From Eledone cirrhosa (Eukaryota), in contig OZ024741.1 of assembly GCA_964016885.1 (NCBI GenBank), positions 360,716,001 to 360,780,000 of the forward strand: a stretch of DNA of 64,000 nucleotides. The letters run 5' to 3'. Made by a program: the position numbers and the translations under genes. Position 1 is the stretch's first letter, and every line of letters starts with the position of its first letter. The notes under the pieces are model-generated. The model was not told the origin of the DNA. It saw only the letters and a program-made list of their open reading frames with translations, and searched no databases. This document shows, one piece after another, positions 16,020-30,830 of this stretch.

Positions 16020-16345
16020 ATTCATCATCATCATCATTTTACGTCCGTATTTCCCTGCTTGCCAGGGTGGGACGGGAACTGATTCTGGCTTGATTTCTAC
16101 AGCTGGATGCCCTTCCTAACACCATCCTCATTTACAGTGAGTGCTGGGTGCTTTTTTGCCGTGGCACCTCCACGACCACTTTGCAGTGGAATGATAGGGA
16201 CCCCAGTCCCTATCATCTCATTTCTACAGCTGAGTAAACTGGAGCAATGTGAAATAAAGTGTCTTGCTCAAGGAAATAACACATCACCCAGTCCGGGAAC
16301 TGAACTCACAACCTTTCGATTGCAAGGCTAATGCTCTAACCACTG
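16020..16345 (-). mobile_element. tRNA-derived SINE with RTE-A tail (inverted twin of 13405-13765)
   Basis: Reverse complement of 13405-13765 with few differences. Confidence 0.9.
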
Positions 16346-17057
16346 TGTGTGTGTATATATATATATACACACACACACACATATACACAGTTAGGCTTTA
16401 AAGAGTAACTTACACAGCCAGTTGTTGCTGTTTAGACCTCGGTGAATCCTGATCAAGTAGACAATGATTATTTAGTTTTTTTGGGGGGGGTTTGGTGAAG
16501 ATAACCAAAGACCATAATACCAATGTGTTCTTATTTTCAAATGTTATGGTGTGGTTTGAGGGAAATTTGGTTACTATTTATAGCAGCTTGAGTGACGATA
16601 AGGGGGTTCCTTTGTTAGCTCAGTCAATGACCGATAAAAGAAAGAGTTAAAGCTTAGATGCTGGGATTATGGAATGATGTTCATTAAGAAGGTTATAATT
16701 AGGATTAACTAAAATTTCCATCCCTCAATATAATAAAGTAAATGTATCTATTATATTTTTATTGTTATGTCTGAAGGTATTAACTAACAGACGTAAGTGT
16801 GGAGAGTATCATACACTAAGATAGGATTAAGCGAAGCAGTCTTTAGGGCGATGAATATAGTAGCTTAGGATATGAATGCAAGAACCATGGCTTAATCTTG
16901 GAATGAAACAATTGCCTCAAAGTCTAGTCTAATATAGTCTAGTCAGATAAAAAAAAAAATAATGCTAAAACAATGATGAGGGTGGTGATATATATACTGC
17001 AATACTTTTCAACAAGAACAAGTAAGAAAGAAATCAATATTGTGCAAAGTTTTATAG

Positions 17058-17093
<36 letters not shown>

Positions 17094-17215
17094 GTATGTA
17101 TATATATATATATATTTATATATATATTGCAAGCAGGGAAAAAGCGGACGTAAAATGAAATGAAATGATGATGAAATGATATATATATATATGTATGCAT
17201 ATGTATATGTATATA

Positions 17216-17265
<50 letters not shown>

Positions 17266-17277
17266 TATACACATATA

Positions 17278-17370
<93 letters not shown>

Positions 17371-17582
17371 ATATATTAGTATAGTATAATAGATGGCAAT
17401 TATATTATTACTACTTCAAGTTTCACTATGTAAATTGCATGTTACGAGATAATCACCAATTATTTGGCTCATTAGGCAAGGACTGTCATTTTACCATACC
17501 ACCATTTTCAATAATATATTATTGTTTATTTAGCAATATCATTTACCTACCGTAGTTTATAATAGGGGTGTATATGAAAGTG

Positions 17583-17915
17583 TGAAGGCGCATGGCTTAG
17601 TGGTTAGAGCATTGGGCTTGCAATTGAGAGGTTGTGAGTTCGATTCTCGGACCGGGTGATGCATTGTGTCCTTGAACAAGACACTTTATTTCACATTGCT
17701 CCAGTTTACTCAGATGTAGAAATTAGTTGCAACGTCACTGGTGCCAAGCTGTATCGGTCATTGCCTTTCCCTTGGACCTCATTGGTGGCGTGGAGGGGGG
17801 AGGCTAGTGTGTATGGGCGACTGCTGGTCTTCCATAAAACAAACCTTGCCCAGGCTTGTGCCTCAGAGGGAAACTTTCTAGGTGCAAAACAATGGTCATT
17901 TGTGACCGAGTGGGG
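17583..17915 (+). mobile_element. Full-length tRNA-derived SINE, alternative 3' tail; second copy at 52783-53130
   Basis: GAAGGCGCATGGCTTAGTGGTTAGAGC...GAGTTCGATTC head, same central domain, tail GTCACTGGTGCCAAGCTGTATC...GAGGGAAAC...GTGACCGA. Confidence 0.88.
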
Positions 17916-17959
17916 CCACCACCATATGAAAGCATATACAATACATTTATGTATAATAA

Positions 17960-18360
17960 CCCTACAGTCAGTAGGCACCTCTTAACCAAATATACACCCC
18001 AATCCACTACCGCTACCCTATCCTCCCACTAACACCACCCTCTCTCTGTAAAGTTGGTACCACAATATCCAGTCCAAATAAATGAGAAAATGAGATCGAG
18101 TTTGTGCAGGTGTCACGACAAAAAAAAACACACAGTCCACGCTGTGATGTGGCCGTGTAGGTAACACGGTAAAAAGTTCCCAGTTCCACACTGTAAATGT
18201 GGTTGGTGTTAGGAAGGGCATCCACCCGTAGAAAACCTGCCAGATAGTCCTATATGAGCGAGACATGGTCACCCGACCAACCTTGCCTCAAGTGGGACAA
18301 CTCCCGTCTAACCCATGCTAGCGTGGAAGATGGACGTTAAACGAAGATGATGATGATGAT
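17960..18360 (+). mobile_element. 3' UTR of RTE subfamily B (5'-truncated insertion)
   Basis: Matches 43240-43725 and the reverse complement of 55385-55790 (CTACAGTCAGTAGGCAC... to GGACGTTAAACGA(TGA)n). Confidence 0.85.
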
Positions 18361-18577
18361 ATAATATGAACTTGTCTACTGCTAATCAATTCTAGCCAGT
18401 CAAGTTACCACTATATGTACAAAATAACTCCAGCCAGTGTCTTATTTGCACTGCATGCAAATGAACGACTCCAGCTAATGTTTCATATGCAAAAACCATA
18501 TGTTTTACATTATTCTTGTTTCAGATACTGGTGATAATATATATAGGTAACATACACATGCACACATATATGTATAT

Positions 18578-18640
18578 AACTTTGATAACATTGACAGGTT
18601 TCGACCCAGGCCATGTCTAACTTAACAGCACCACCAATCT
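18578..18640 (-). mobile_element. 3'-terminal fragment of the CR1/L2-type LINE family
   Basis: Reverse complement GGTGGTGCTGTTAAGTTAGACATGGCCTGGG...TCAAAGTTA matches 13129-13198. Confidence 0.7.
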
Positions 18641-18930
18641 TCCTGCTATATCAAGTGTTAACCTAATATATACCTTCCATATACTGTACCGATTGTGTTG
18701 TTATTTCTGTTTACCTTTTACATACATATATATACATATATAAATATATAAATGTTGATACTTATGTTTACTTCCCATATTATGTATCTTCCTAATGTTC
18801 TTGTTACAAAGTTCTGATATTATATTTGTGTTTTACCTTTGTTATTTACTCCGATTAAGCCGGCCTTGTGTTAAGATGAAACAATCGTAAGTGATTAAAT
18901 GTTTTAAACACTCTTTGATTGTTATTTACA

Positions 18931-18973
<43 letters not shown>

Positions 18974-20639
18974 CATACATACATACACATATATACATAT
19001 ATACACACACAGACATTTATATGTACCGATGATGATGGTAAAGATAAGTAAGTATAAGGAGCTAAAATAGAAATAAATGATAGAAAACAAAAATCAATGC
19101 AGGAAGAGAGAGAGGGTGAAGGAGAGAGGAGTGCAAACATTGTAAGAAAGATAGGAGAATTATGTAAAATGTTAAAGAAAGACAGAAACAGTATTAAACA
19201 TAAACCTTTATAAACAAACAGTTAAGTATATAGTCAGAAAAGAGCTTGTAAAGTGCAGTGAAAAAACAAGGCATTTAAATATTCACCATGCTTCAACATC
19301 AAATAGATACCTACTGATGTATTTGTAAACGAAGTAAGGCAATTATGCATAGGATTAAGTTACTGTTTGCATTTTGACTCACTTAAATCGCATTAAGTCA
19401 AGTTACAACAGAGAGAGGGAGAGAGAGAGAAAGAGAGAGAGAGAGGCTCCAAATATAAGCAAGGAAAAACTCAGGTGTTGCTTGCTCATTTAATCTTTAC
19501 CAGGTAAATGTTTCCTTGCTTGTTGGTTGCATCTGAAGTCCTTTTGACCCTTTTGTACTCATATTGCTAATGAAATAGACTCAATTTTAATTAATTAATG
19601 AAAAATTTGGAGGGATTTACTAAAATTATTAATAATTTCATTACAAAGACAGTAACTTAACATGTGGTTCTTATAAGAAACTATTCAGGAAGAGTTATTT
19701 AAAAAGAAACCCTTTAAAATGGGTGGTTTTGTTTCAAATAACCAGAGTCAGTTCTGGCCAGGCTGATGTAAAAAAAGATACTTAGAAATATTCCTATCAC
19801 ATAGCAGTTACTAGGGAGTTTAGACCCAAGTTCACACCCATTGCCTGGAGGTGTAATGTTCAGAAGCCAGGCTGCTGACCACAAGGTCAGGAGTTCAAAA
19901 TTTATTGCAAATCATAGGTCATCATGATCATCACAATAATCAACATCATCATCAACATCATTAGTTTATGTCTGTATTATGTTGGTATGTGTTGAATGGG
20001 TTGCCATGTCCAAGACTAGACTGTCAGACAACCATGTAATTCTATTACATTTAATATTTGGCATGGTTTCTATGGCTGGATGCCTTTCCTAATACTAAAC
20101 ATATTCTGGGTGCATTTTATCATGCACCAGCACTATCATTTTTGTACACAGTGTACTTTATTGTGTCACCAGCATTAATACTTTACACAGTGTACTGGGT
20201 GCATTTTATAGTGGCACCAACACTAATACTTTACAGTGTACTGAATGCATTTTATAGTGGCACCAGTACTAGAGTCCTCTTTATATTGTATCTGCTTGAT
20301 CGACAACCATTTTACTGAGTGCATTTTACTGAGTGCATTTTACTGAGTGCATTTTATAGTGGCACTAGCACTAAAGAATTTGTCACGTATTTAAAAGCAC
20401 CAAAGGTTCCCTCTTCCTTATGCTTTCACACTTTATAAGGGGTACTGACTGTGTTCCATTGTGCTTACATTGTGACTAGGAGTTTAGACTAAGAGCACAC
20501 CTGATGTTTGGTGGATGTAAGGTTAAGAGATTGAACTACTGACCACCAGAGCTTAAGTTCAATACCTGTTAAAGTCATTGTGTCAAGACATTAATCCATG
20601 TATTGTAACTTACAGTAAGTAGTAGTTTAGACAAAGTAC

Positions 20640-21560
20640 ATATATGATGTAAGGAACCTATACATGGTCAATGAACCTGCTTGAAAAAAACAGTTAAATA
20701 TCTTTAGATCATACTCTTCCCTCTCATATAGAGATAGCAGAAACAGTAGAAGACTTAGAGCAAGAGTTCCAAACATATTAACAAAAGTTTTCATATGTAG
20801 GAAATAGGATAGAACTCTGATATGATCAGGTAAACAGCCATGTTCAATATGCCAAAAAGGAGTTGGTAGAACTTCATACAGTGCAACCATTGCGAACAGT
20901 GGACATATAAAAGATGTAGCAGGATCACAGATAGACTGACAGAGAAGCTAAATCTTACATGTAACAGATGCACAGGACAAGTCAACAGCAATAATATTCA
21001 GGAAATGAATTCCCTCAAATGCTCAGAAGGCTTACTAGAAGTAGTAGATAGCTTTTGCTATCTCAGTGGAGGGGGATGTACTGAATGTGTTGTAGCCAGA
21101 TTGAGAACAAGATAAAAGTTCAGGGAGCTGCTACTTCAGCTGGCAACAACAAGCTTCTCTCTCAGAGTGAAGGAAAGATTATATAATGCTTGTGTTTGAA
21201 CTGCTATACTACATGACAGTGAGTTATAAGCTCTGAGAACAGAAAATGTGTGTGGGCTAAAAAAAATGCTTCTCTGATTGTGTAATGTTAGTATACATGA
21301 ATGACAGAGCACAAGCGATGAGAGACAATTGTGCTGGTATGGTCATGTGATGCATAAGTAAAGCAAGAGTTGAGTTGTATAAAAAGTTGCTGAGTGCTTG
21401 AAGTGGATGGAACCTGTGGAAGAGAGAGACCAAAGAAGACATGGGGCAAAACTTTGAAGAATTATCTCAGTAAACTGGATCATACAAAAGAGATGACACA
21501 GAACCTGAGTTGATTGGTGATATGCCATAATACAAAACATCCATTCACCAGTACAAGTAT
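20640..21560 (+). pseudogene. Highly degraded RTE LINE fragment
   Basis: Residual zinc-finger and C-terminal motifs (PCSICQKGVGR, KRCSRIT, EVVDSFCYL, KFRELL) with many stops. Confidence 0.75.
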
Positions 21561-21584
21561 TGTAATTCTGGAAGTAAACATAAT

Positions 21585-21800
21585 GATTTCTACGATAGGC
21601 ACAAGGCCAGCAATTTTGTGCATGGGGGAAGTCAATTAAATCAACCTCAGTGCATTACTGGTGCTTTATTCTATCGACCTCGTAAGGATGAAAGGCAAAG
21701 CTAACCTCGGCGGGATTTGAACTCAGAACGTAAAGGGACATAACTCTATGCTGCAAAGCATGGTGTCTGACGCTCTACTGATACTGCCAATCCACTGCCC
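21585..21800 (-). mobile_element. Nin/Deu-like tRNA SINE; further copies at 24885-25075(-), 40545-40752, 43910-44102, 45180-45273, 46995-47620 (cluster), 50990-51080
   Basis: Shared head GGATTGGCAGTATCGGTAGAG...CTGAGTTCAAATCC and core CTTTCATCCTTACGGGGTCGATAAAATAAAGTACCAG. Confidence 0.85.
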
Positions 21801-22275
21801 TGGAAGTAAACATAATGAGGGATTGGAAGCTACAGTGTTGCTGATCAAACAGAGACAATATAGGGTTTGAGAGGACTCTTCAGTCTGAACAAACATATGA
21901 CAGCCTGAAGAACACTTGCATATATTTATGTATGTATGTATGAATAAATATATATAAATAGCAAAGTTGTGCACGAAAAAAACGAAATACATGGGACAAA
22001 TGAACAAAAGCATATATCTTCCTCTTTGGCCACCCCCTAAGCAATGTATTTTCATACATGAGGGTGGTATTACATAACTGAGCCCAGGTTGCATGATGGT
22101 TTACAATAAGCTGCTGGAAATATGCATGTGAGACAACACAAGATAGAAACATAAGACAGAAACAGAACAGGACACAGGACAGACAAGTTGAGCAAATGGT
22201 ATGGTAATGTGGAAAGGAGGGAACTATATAGACTTTTGTCAAAAAAAAGGAGAAAGAAAGAGTGAGTGTGTGTGT

Positions 22276-22314
<39 letters not shown>

Positions 22315-22791
22315 AAGTAGAGAGTTAGTTAATCAAAGAAGGAACACAAAGTGTTACAGTAGTAATAAATAGCAAAGTTGCACATGAAAAAACGAAATAT
22401 GTTCCTCTTCAGCCACCACAAGGCAATACAATTTTGTACATAAGGGTATTATTGTATTATATTGAGCCCCTGTTGAACATATATATACATATACATGTCA
22501 TACATATATGAACATATGTGTGTGTCATATATATTTATATATATATATGTATGTATATATATATATATACATATATATATAAATATAAATATCCATAAAT
22601 ATATATATATATACCCTTGCAAGCATTGAAAAGTGGACGTATGATGATGATGATGATGATATATATACACACATATAAATATACATATATACATACACAC
22701 ACACACATATGTACATACACACACACATGTGCATGTGTGCATGTTTTTATTGGCAACATGACCCTCCCAAAATATAACAATATATATATAT

Positions 22792-22880
<89 letters not shown>

Positions 22881-22926
22881 CATAAATACATATACATACA
22901 TATACATTTATGAATATATATGTGTT

Positions 22927-22958
<32 letters not shown>

Positions 22959-24329
22959 AACCAGAAGAAGCATATATGACAATGTTCAGAAAATGAGTAT
23001 TATTTGCCCAGCTGACTAACCTAGGTATGTGGTGTGGTTGTGTAGTATGGCAGTGTTGCGGTGTGATGCTACAAAATCATTCGTCTGGTGGTCTGACGTA
23101 GACATTCTTGGCAGCTAAAGTTAGCGGCTTAATAGATGCTAGCATAATAATAGATATTTATAGAAAAAGGAAATAAAGGAGTTTTTGCTGCATCATAAAT
23201 GGAGGTGTGTAATAAAGAAATAATTGATAACTCTAAAGATACTTGAGTTTCACCGATCTCAGTTCTCCGTTCTCCAGCATTGACCTATTTTAGAAATCTC
23301 CACTGTACAGTGTTGCATAAATATTTATTTTTTGCTTTATTTATTTTATTTATTGTTTTTCTTTTTTTGTCTCCATCTAAATAGCTTCCAGGCCAGATTT
23401 AGAAATTAATATAAAAGGAACTGGAACTGAAGCCAAAACAACAGCTAGGCTAGGCTCCGGCTGTTGTCTTTAATTCTTGCTCTCTTTCTTTCTGGTTTTA
23501 TCTCATTCTGTTCATGAAATATAATATATGTTGAAATTGGTCATTGGTGTTAACAGGTAGTCTAGTATTACTATACTTATACGTAGCATACAAATGATAA
23601 TTTAACCCTTTCGGTGCTGTATTGCTAATAAAAAACACTCTGTGATTTTCAAATAATTTTGAAAATAATCAACAATTTGGAGGGATTTGGTAATATAAGT
23701 AACTTTCTTATATAAACCTTTGATGGAATGTTTTTAGATAAATTATAAACACTTTATTGTAGAACCAGGGGTGGTTCCATATGGTTTTATATCAAAATGG
23801 TTAAGTAAACAGTCTAGTATTGATATCTATACAGTAAATATGGTAACATGAGAATAATGGGTAGCTTAGTATTATTATTCATAGGATAAATATAACATTA
23901 GTAATACTGGTAGTATCATGTTGATATCTATAATATAGATATTTATAATTAGATTTAACATTAGTATAACAAGTAGTCTTATGTTGATATCTATAAAATA
24001 AATATAACATTAGCAGAACTTAGTATTGTTATCCATAGAATAAATATGATAACATTAGTATAAGAGTTAGTTATTGTACTCATCATGAGGTATTTTTTGA
24101 AGCAATATTTTATAGTCAGATACCTTTCATGGCACCAACTATTTTAGTTACCACAGAGAAACGGTGTACCTTTTCTAAACTGAAGACATGTTGAACAGAC
24201 CTGCCAACCTTTATAAACCCAAACAAGGAGTACCATGAAAAAAAGTGCCCCAAAACGGGGAGAAATGAAGCAAAATGGAGAGATTTTACATAATGAAAGC
24301 TATACCCATTTTCACAAGAGAAGACATCT

Positions 24330-24860
24330 CCCACTCACCCCAAAGTGGGTGGGAGATCTCCTTGTTGGACCGAGATAATTGAATAGTGGTGGAGTAGAGT
24401 CAGTGATAGTTGCTAGAGTGAGATGTGTATGGAAGACATTCCAGGAACTGCGTGACATGCTGAAACTGAAAGGAAATGTGTATGCTGCATTTGTGAGAGG
24501 TGCCATGATTTATGGGAGTGAGACATGGGTGATCAACATAAGGATGGAAAGAACTGAAATGAGAATGGAGGAAGAGAAACAATGAATTGCAGAGGATGAT
24601 GGGAATGGAACTAGTGATGAATGTTGTGAAGAGAAATGGAATGAGATGGTTGGGTTGTGTGTTGAGAAAGGATAAAAGTGATTAGGTGAAAAGAGAGACG
24701 GAAATAAATGGGGAAGGAAATAGAAGAAGACCAAGAAAGACTAGGCTAAAGATGATGGGGCATGCAGATGATAGGGCAAAATGGAGAAGCTTATCATAGG
24801 GTCTGTAAAGTTTCCCTCTACTTTAGCAGGGAAAAGTAGACTTAAAATGCTTGTTGTTGT
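24330..24860 (+). pseudogene. Degraded RTE 3' fragment
   Basis: GGVESVIVARVRCVWKTFQEL...AMIYGSETW translation. Confidence 0.75.
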
Positions 24861-25311
24861 TGATTTTTATAAGGTATATGAGATAATTGTTTCTACTTTT
24901 GGCACAAGGCCAGCAATTATCCCAGTGCATTACTGGTACTTTATTTTATCGACCCCGTAAGGATGAAAGGCAAAGTTAACCTCGCGGGATTTGAACTCAG
25001 AATGGAAAGGGCCGTAACTCTATGCGTCAAAGCATGGCGTCCGACCCTCTACTGATACTGCCAATCCACCACCCATAAGGTAAATGAGATAATACCAGAA
25101 CAGGTTGTCTAGTGTTATTATCCATATTATAACATTAGGTATAACAGCTAGTCCCATGCTTATATTCATTGGACAAATAAAACATTAATGATTATATTTT
25201 CTCTTCATGGAGTTACCAACCTTTAAATTATAATTATATAAGAAGTAGATATAGCTGTTTTGTTTTTCATTACAGTGCTTTGACAAATTTCATCTCAGAT
25301 TTGTAATCACT

Positions 25312-25625
25312 TTAACTCTCTTGATACCAAACTGCTCCAAACCAGACCTGGTTTATCATAATAAGCTATTTATTTTAAACTTTTCCTTACCAAATTTCTA
25401 ATGAGAGACACTGCCTATGATTCTCAAATAATTTTGAAAATATTCAAAGATATAGAGGGATTTAGTAATATAACTAACTTTATCATTATTTAGATAGTGT
25501 TTGGAACAACTTAAGGATTCTTACATAAGATTGTGATGGGAAATTTTTTGATAAATTTAAAACAAATAGATTTGTATCACAGAACCAGAGGCAGTTTCAG
25601 GCAGTTTGATATCAAAAGAATTTAA
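25312..25625. mobile_element. Second TTAA/piggyBac-like MITE family; relatives at 23602-23825, 47773-48200, 57380-57590
   Basis: TTAAC(T/C)CT(C/T)TTGATACC ... GATATCAAAAG..TTAA ends with shared internal AAATAATTTTGAAAA...GAGGGATTTAGTAATATAACTAAC. Confidence 0.55.
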
Positions 25626-25980
25626 ATGTTTAAATTTTTCTAAAAACTTTCCATTTTAATTTTATGTTCGAATCTTTCAGTTGTGTTCCAAATACCAGTA
25701 AGTTAATTATATTACTAAATCACACTAAATTCTTGATATTTTCAAAATTATCTAAAAATCATGGGCAGTGCCTTTCATTAAAAACATGGTACTGTAATCA
25801 CCTTGATTACATAATTCCCCTCTCCTCTTCTGCCTTACTAACCATGTTTAATACCCGAAGACACCCCCCCCCCTCTCTCTCTCCTTTTTACTTTCACCCT
25901 GCTAGTTACTTCTTACAACACTGTGTACCTATTCTCAACTGAGTATACTCAGTATTACTGAATATCGTGGTCAATGTTAC

Positions 25981-26019
<39 letters not shown>

Positions 26020-27570
26020 ATGTCTGTCTGTGTCTGCAAATGTGTGTGCATGTGTGTGTGTATGTTTATAACAATCTGTTAAGTATAATTTGCTTCTAAA
26101 CCTCTCATTATTTAATTTAACATCTTCATGAAGTAGGTTGTAGACATATATCTTAGGTGATGATCATTAAATAATAGAATTTAAATAATTAATATCTACA
26201 TTCATCATTCATTCTTATCCTCACTATTTAATTCCACTCTTCCATGCTGGTATGTGTTAGATGGTTCATTACTGCCCTCTCAGACAGGCTGGCGATCATG
26301 TCTTGCTAATATGCTTACATACATTCTAGTTTTCACATGATTTCTGCATCTAGATACCCTTCCTATATCCATCTAGTTTACACTGACACCACCATTAGGT
26401 AAGTTGTCATGTCCTTGACACAACTTAGGAGTCCTCTCAACCCTTTATTTTTCCCTGGTTTTGATGACTTAATGCCCTCCCTAATGCTAATAATTTTACA
26501 GTGTGTACAGGATACATTTTATCATAAGTGTCAGCTCTAGAGAGGTTAAAGCATAACATGTTACAAAAGAAAGTAAAGATAAAATTAAAATAAAATTGCA
26601 GTATGAGAGGTGACAGTTAAACCTCATTGGTTTGTAACAACACCAAAACAGAATTCAGTGTAATATGTCTTAAATATCAAACGTTAGTATACATACAACT
26701 AAAAGACTAAAACCAAACCACACTACTAGCAGGACAAATACATACTTGTTCAAGCTAATACAATTCTTTAAGATATTTTCCATTACAATAAATGCTAAAA
26801 ACTGTGTGTACCCATTTTAGAATAGATACACTATCATCATCATCATCGTTTAACGTCCATCTTCCACGCTAGCATGGGTCTGGATATATCTGCATATCAA
26901 AAAAGGTGACTTAAAAAGATTGACACCAAGAAAAGCAAGCAGCTGTAAAACCTTGCCTCAAAAAAAAAAAAACATATCTACAAGCCCATATGACTAACCA
27001 ATGCTTTCATGGGGAAATAACCTTACAATGCTTGCAAGTTGTATTGCAATAAATTTTGACATTTAATCACCTTAGTAAAGGTATGTGGCTTAGTGGTCAG
27101 AGAACTGGATTCACAATTGTGAGGTTGCGAGTTCAATTCCTGAACTGGGCAATACATTATGTCCTTCAGCAAGACACTTTATTTCACATTGTTCCTTCTG
27201 CCAAGAGTTGTGACTGGTAGATAGTATCAACAATTGAAAGACCAATGGAAACTTTGTTTCTCTTGTCCAATTTGATGAGTTGCACTCTACTCAGTAAGTG
27301 AATGAGGTCTGAAATCTTGTCAAACCAAGTTAATAATCACCTTAATAACTCTTTAAATTAACAGTTACTGTTATCTTTAAAAACATCATCACCGAAATTC
27401 AATGAGTTCCATATCTCTATAACATAGTTCATAACAGTAAAATAGTAATAATAAAAAAAAAAGGGTTGGTATATGTTTTTATTTGTTTATATAATTTTAA
27501 AATAATCAAAAGATCACTTTTTTTTGCTATACTTAATATATCACTTTTTAATTGCTATACTTAATATATG

Positions 27571-28009
27571 TTAAACCTTTAGCACTTACATTATTTTATA
27601 TATACTATTGTATTTTCATGGTAAAGGCTTTACCTCACATAATTATCTCACATAATATTGAATCTACGAGATTTTGATGTTATTTATTTTGAGAACAATA
27701 CCTTAATATAAGTATGAGTAGCAGGTTACGGGCTGTTTGAACAGAAGGAGGTGAGAGAATTCTGACCAGATACGACCAGTTTAACCCTTTAGCTTTTAAG
27801 CCGCCTGTATCTGGCCAGAATTCTCTCACCTCTTTCTGTTTAAACTGACCGTAACTGGCCACTCATATTTATATTAAGGTATTGTTCTCAAAATATATAA
27901 CATCAAAATCTCATAGATTCAATATTATGTGAGATAATTATGTGAGGTAAAGCCTTTGCCATGAAAATCTAGTAGTAAATATAGAGTAATGTAAATGCTA
28001 AAAGGTTAA
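27571..28009. mobile_element. Two piggyBac-like MITE copies in inverted orientation joined at a TTAA (27781)
   Basis: The left ~210 bp is the approximate reverse complement of the right ~225 bp. Confidence 0.85.
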
Positions 28010-30294
28010 GCCTTGATCCAGAAAACCAAAGTATCAATAAATGTGGGTCATCTCCAGTCCCACACTGACCATATAACAGATCTGGTAGCAGCATACTCAC
28101 TAAACATTTGTATTATACTCACTAAACACTTTAGAATTATTCTATACTTTTGAATTTTTACTTTAAAGTATTTGATTTCATTTTTCTGCACTTTTATTTT
28201 CTCATCAATATTATAATGAAATGATGTTAAATGAAATGTTATTTAGTGAAGACTGCTGGTACCTATTGTCTGGTGCACAAGTTGAATCTTTCCTTCTCTC
28301 TCTCTCTCTCTCCCCCCCCCCCTTCTCTCTCTGTTGTATGTTCGTTTTCCATACTGTCATGAATTGGATGGGTTTTTTCTCAATCACTTGTTCTATTTTA
28401 TTATAGTTTCTATCTATGGCTGGATGACATTCTTAAATCTAACTACTTTACAGAGTGGACTCAGTGTATTTTATCATAACACAAACACTAGCTCTTTACT
28501 CCATGTACTGGGTGCATTTTATCATAGAACCAGTACTGCCACATACAGAATGTTCTCACTTTTTCACACACACCCCATGTCTCTGTCTCTCTCTATATAT
28601 ATATAGAGAGAGAGAGGGGGAGAGATGAGAGTGAGGAGAGAGTGTCAGAGAGAGAAGTGGACTGTGCAAGAGAGAGAGAGACTGACAGAGAGACAGGCAG
28701 ACAGATAGAGACCTTGTAGGTAGTGAGAAGCAGCAGGAGAGCTGTATTAACTAGGTTTAAAGAAGGGCAGGGCAGAAAAAATCTGTGATGTTACTAATGC
28801 TACTTTAATGCTGCTCTTATTTCATCATATTGTTGGTGTGACTACTTCAGTTGTGGCAATAGTAATTACAACAGTGTTAAAATAATTAAAGATTATCAAT
28901 TTAAACAATTTAGAAAGAGAATCATTTCATTGTTAATTCCCAATATCTCCTATATTATCCAAGCAAGAGATTACAGTAATACCACTTTATCTGTAAGTCT
29001 AGTAGTAGAACATTTAATGAGATAATAGTTCAACTCTACTTACTAACTTGAGGTTATTTTAATGTACTTTATTGAAAAATCCAGAAATTTTTCATTTGCT
29101 TCTTTTTCTTTAAAAACATCTTAGCTGGAGTGGAATGGAGCTTCAAATTTAGATATTTGTGTATGCAGGTGGTATTATGTATTCAAACACTAATATATTT
29201 AACCCTTTAGCCTTTAAACCGACTGTATCCGGCCAGAATGTTTTCTCCTTTTTGAAACCGGCTGTAACTAGCAGCTCACACTAATGTTAAGATAGTGTTC
29301 TTAAAATAAACAATAACATCATCAAAATCTCATAGACTTAACATTATGTGAGAATTACGTGAAAATGCAATAATAAATATAGAATAATGTAAATGCTAAA
29401 GGGTTAATGAGAGTATGGCTCAACACTATATAACTTGAAATTATTTGATTGTATGTATCATTTTGGCTGCACTGATTAATTAAGACACAATCTGTATCGG
29501 CCATATTGGTTAAATCAGCCATTTTACTGATTAATCAACCATTATTGTTTTAGAGTAAGAAAACCATGAGTGACAGAAAAATTTGGAAAACAAATTGGTT
29601 TCAACTTGTAGAAATACATAAGGCACATATATAATTTTCTAGGGCACACAATCTAGTGGTAAAATTATTTGTGATTGCCCAGGGGGTGCAACTCCCAGTA
29701 GGTCCAAGGGTGGCAAAATAGAGGAGAGACCCTCCTGCTCCCTGAGAGGATATGTGTTTAACCCTTTAGTATTTAAACCGGACATATCCAGCCAGAATTC
29801 TCTGTGAGATAATTATGTAAGATAAAGCCTTTACCACAAAAATATAATAGTAAAGTAATGTAAATGCTAAAGGGTTAATTGATCTTTTAAATAGAAATTA
29901 ATTAAACAATTATAAAGATTCTGATTACTTTTATATCTAAAGGTATTCAACAATTTTTTACTAATAATGATTCCTGTTACTTTAATTTACTCAAACAAAA
30001 AATTTGATTTAATGATCAAATTTAAGAACTCATAAATATAAAATATATAAGATTACTGCCTCCAACAGTAAAATCAGCCTAATTTTGTAATTATATGCTC
30101 TTAAATAGTTCTGTAATTCTGATTTATTAGGGAATATTATATCATCATCATCGTCATCATCACTATCACCGTTTTACGTCCATTTTTCCATGCTAGCATG
30201 GGTTAGATGAGTTGTCCTGTTGTGGGCAATGCTAAGTCAGAACTGATTCTAGCTTGGTTTCTACAGCAGGGCCACCTTCCTTACGCCAACCTTA

Positions 30295-30830
30295 TTTACA
30301 GTGAGTACTGAGTGTTTTTTGTTGTGACATCTACACTACCACTTTACAGTGAGTACTGGGTGCTTTTTGTTATGACACCTACATGACCACTTTACAGTGG
30401 GTACTGGGTGCTTTTTGTTATGACACCTACATGACCACTTTACAGTGAGTACTGAGTGTTTTTTGTTGTGACATCTACACTACCACTTTACAGTGAGTAC
30501 TGGGTGCTTTTTGTTATGACACCTACATGACCACTTTACAGTGAGTACTGGGTGCTTTTTGTTATGACACCTACATGACCACTTTACAGTGAGTACTGGG
30601 TGCTTTTTGTTATGACACCTACATGACCACTTTACAGTATGGACTGGGTGCTTTTTGTTATGACACCTACATGACCACTTTACAGTATGGACTGGGTGCT
30701 TTTTGTTATGACACCTACATGACCACTTTACAGTATGGACTGGGTGCTTTTTGTTATGACACCTACATGACCACTTTACAGTATGGACTGGGTGCTTTTT
30801 GTTATGACACCTACATGACCACTTTACAGT
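30295..30830. repeat. 48-bp minisatellite (~11 copies) expanded inside an RTE-tail SINE (30140-30835)
   Basis: Unit ACTTTACAGTGAGTACTGGGTGCTTTTTGTTATGACACCTACATGACC produces the 16-aa repeat ORFs. Confidence 0.95.

Noticed and set aside
29676-29735. Twister-ribozyme-like string (AACTCC...GGTCCAAG...GAGGAG)
   Set aside because: The conserved UAA and the pseudoknot pairings cannot be formed convincingly.
30295-30830. CRISPR-like regular array
   Set aside because: Units are contiguous with no unique spacers, derive from a SINE, and no cas genes are present. The same applies to 50062-50508 and 4070-4481.
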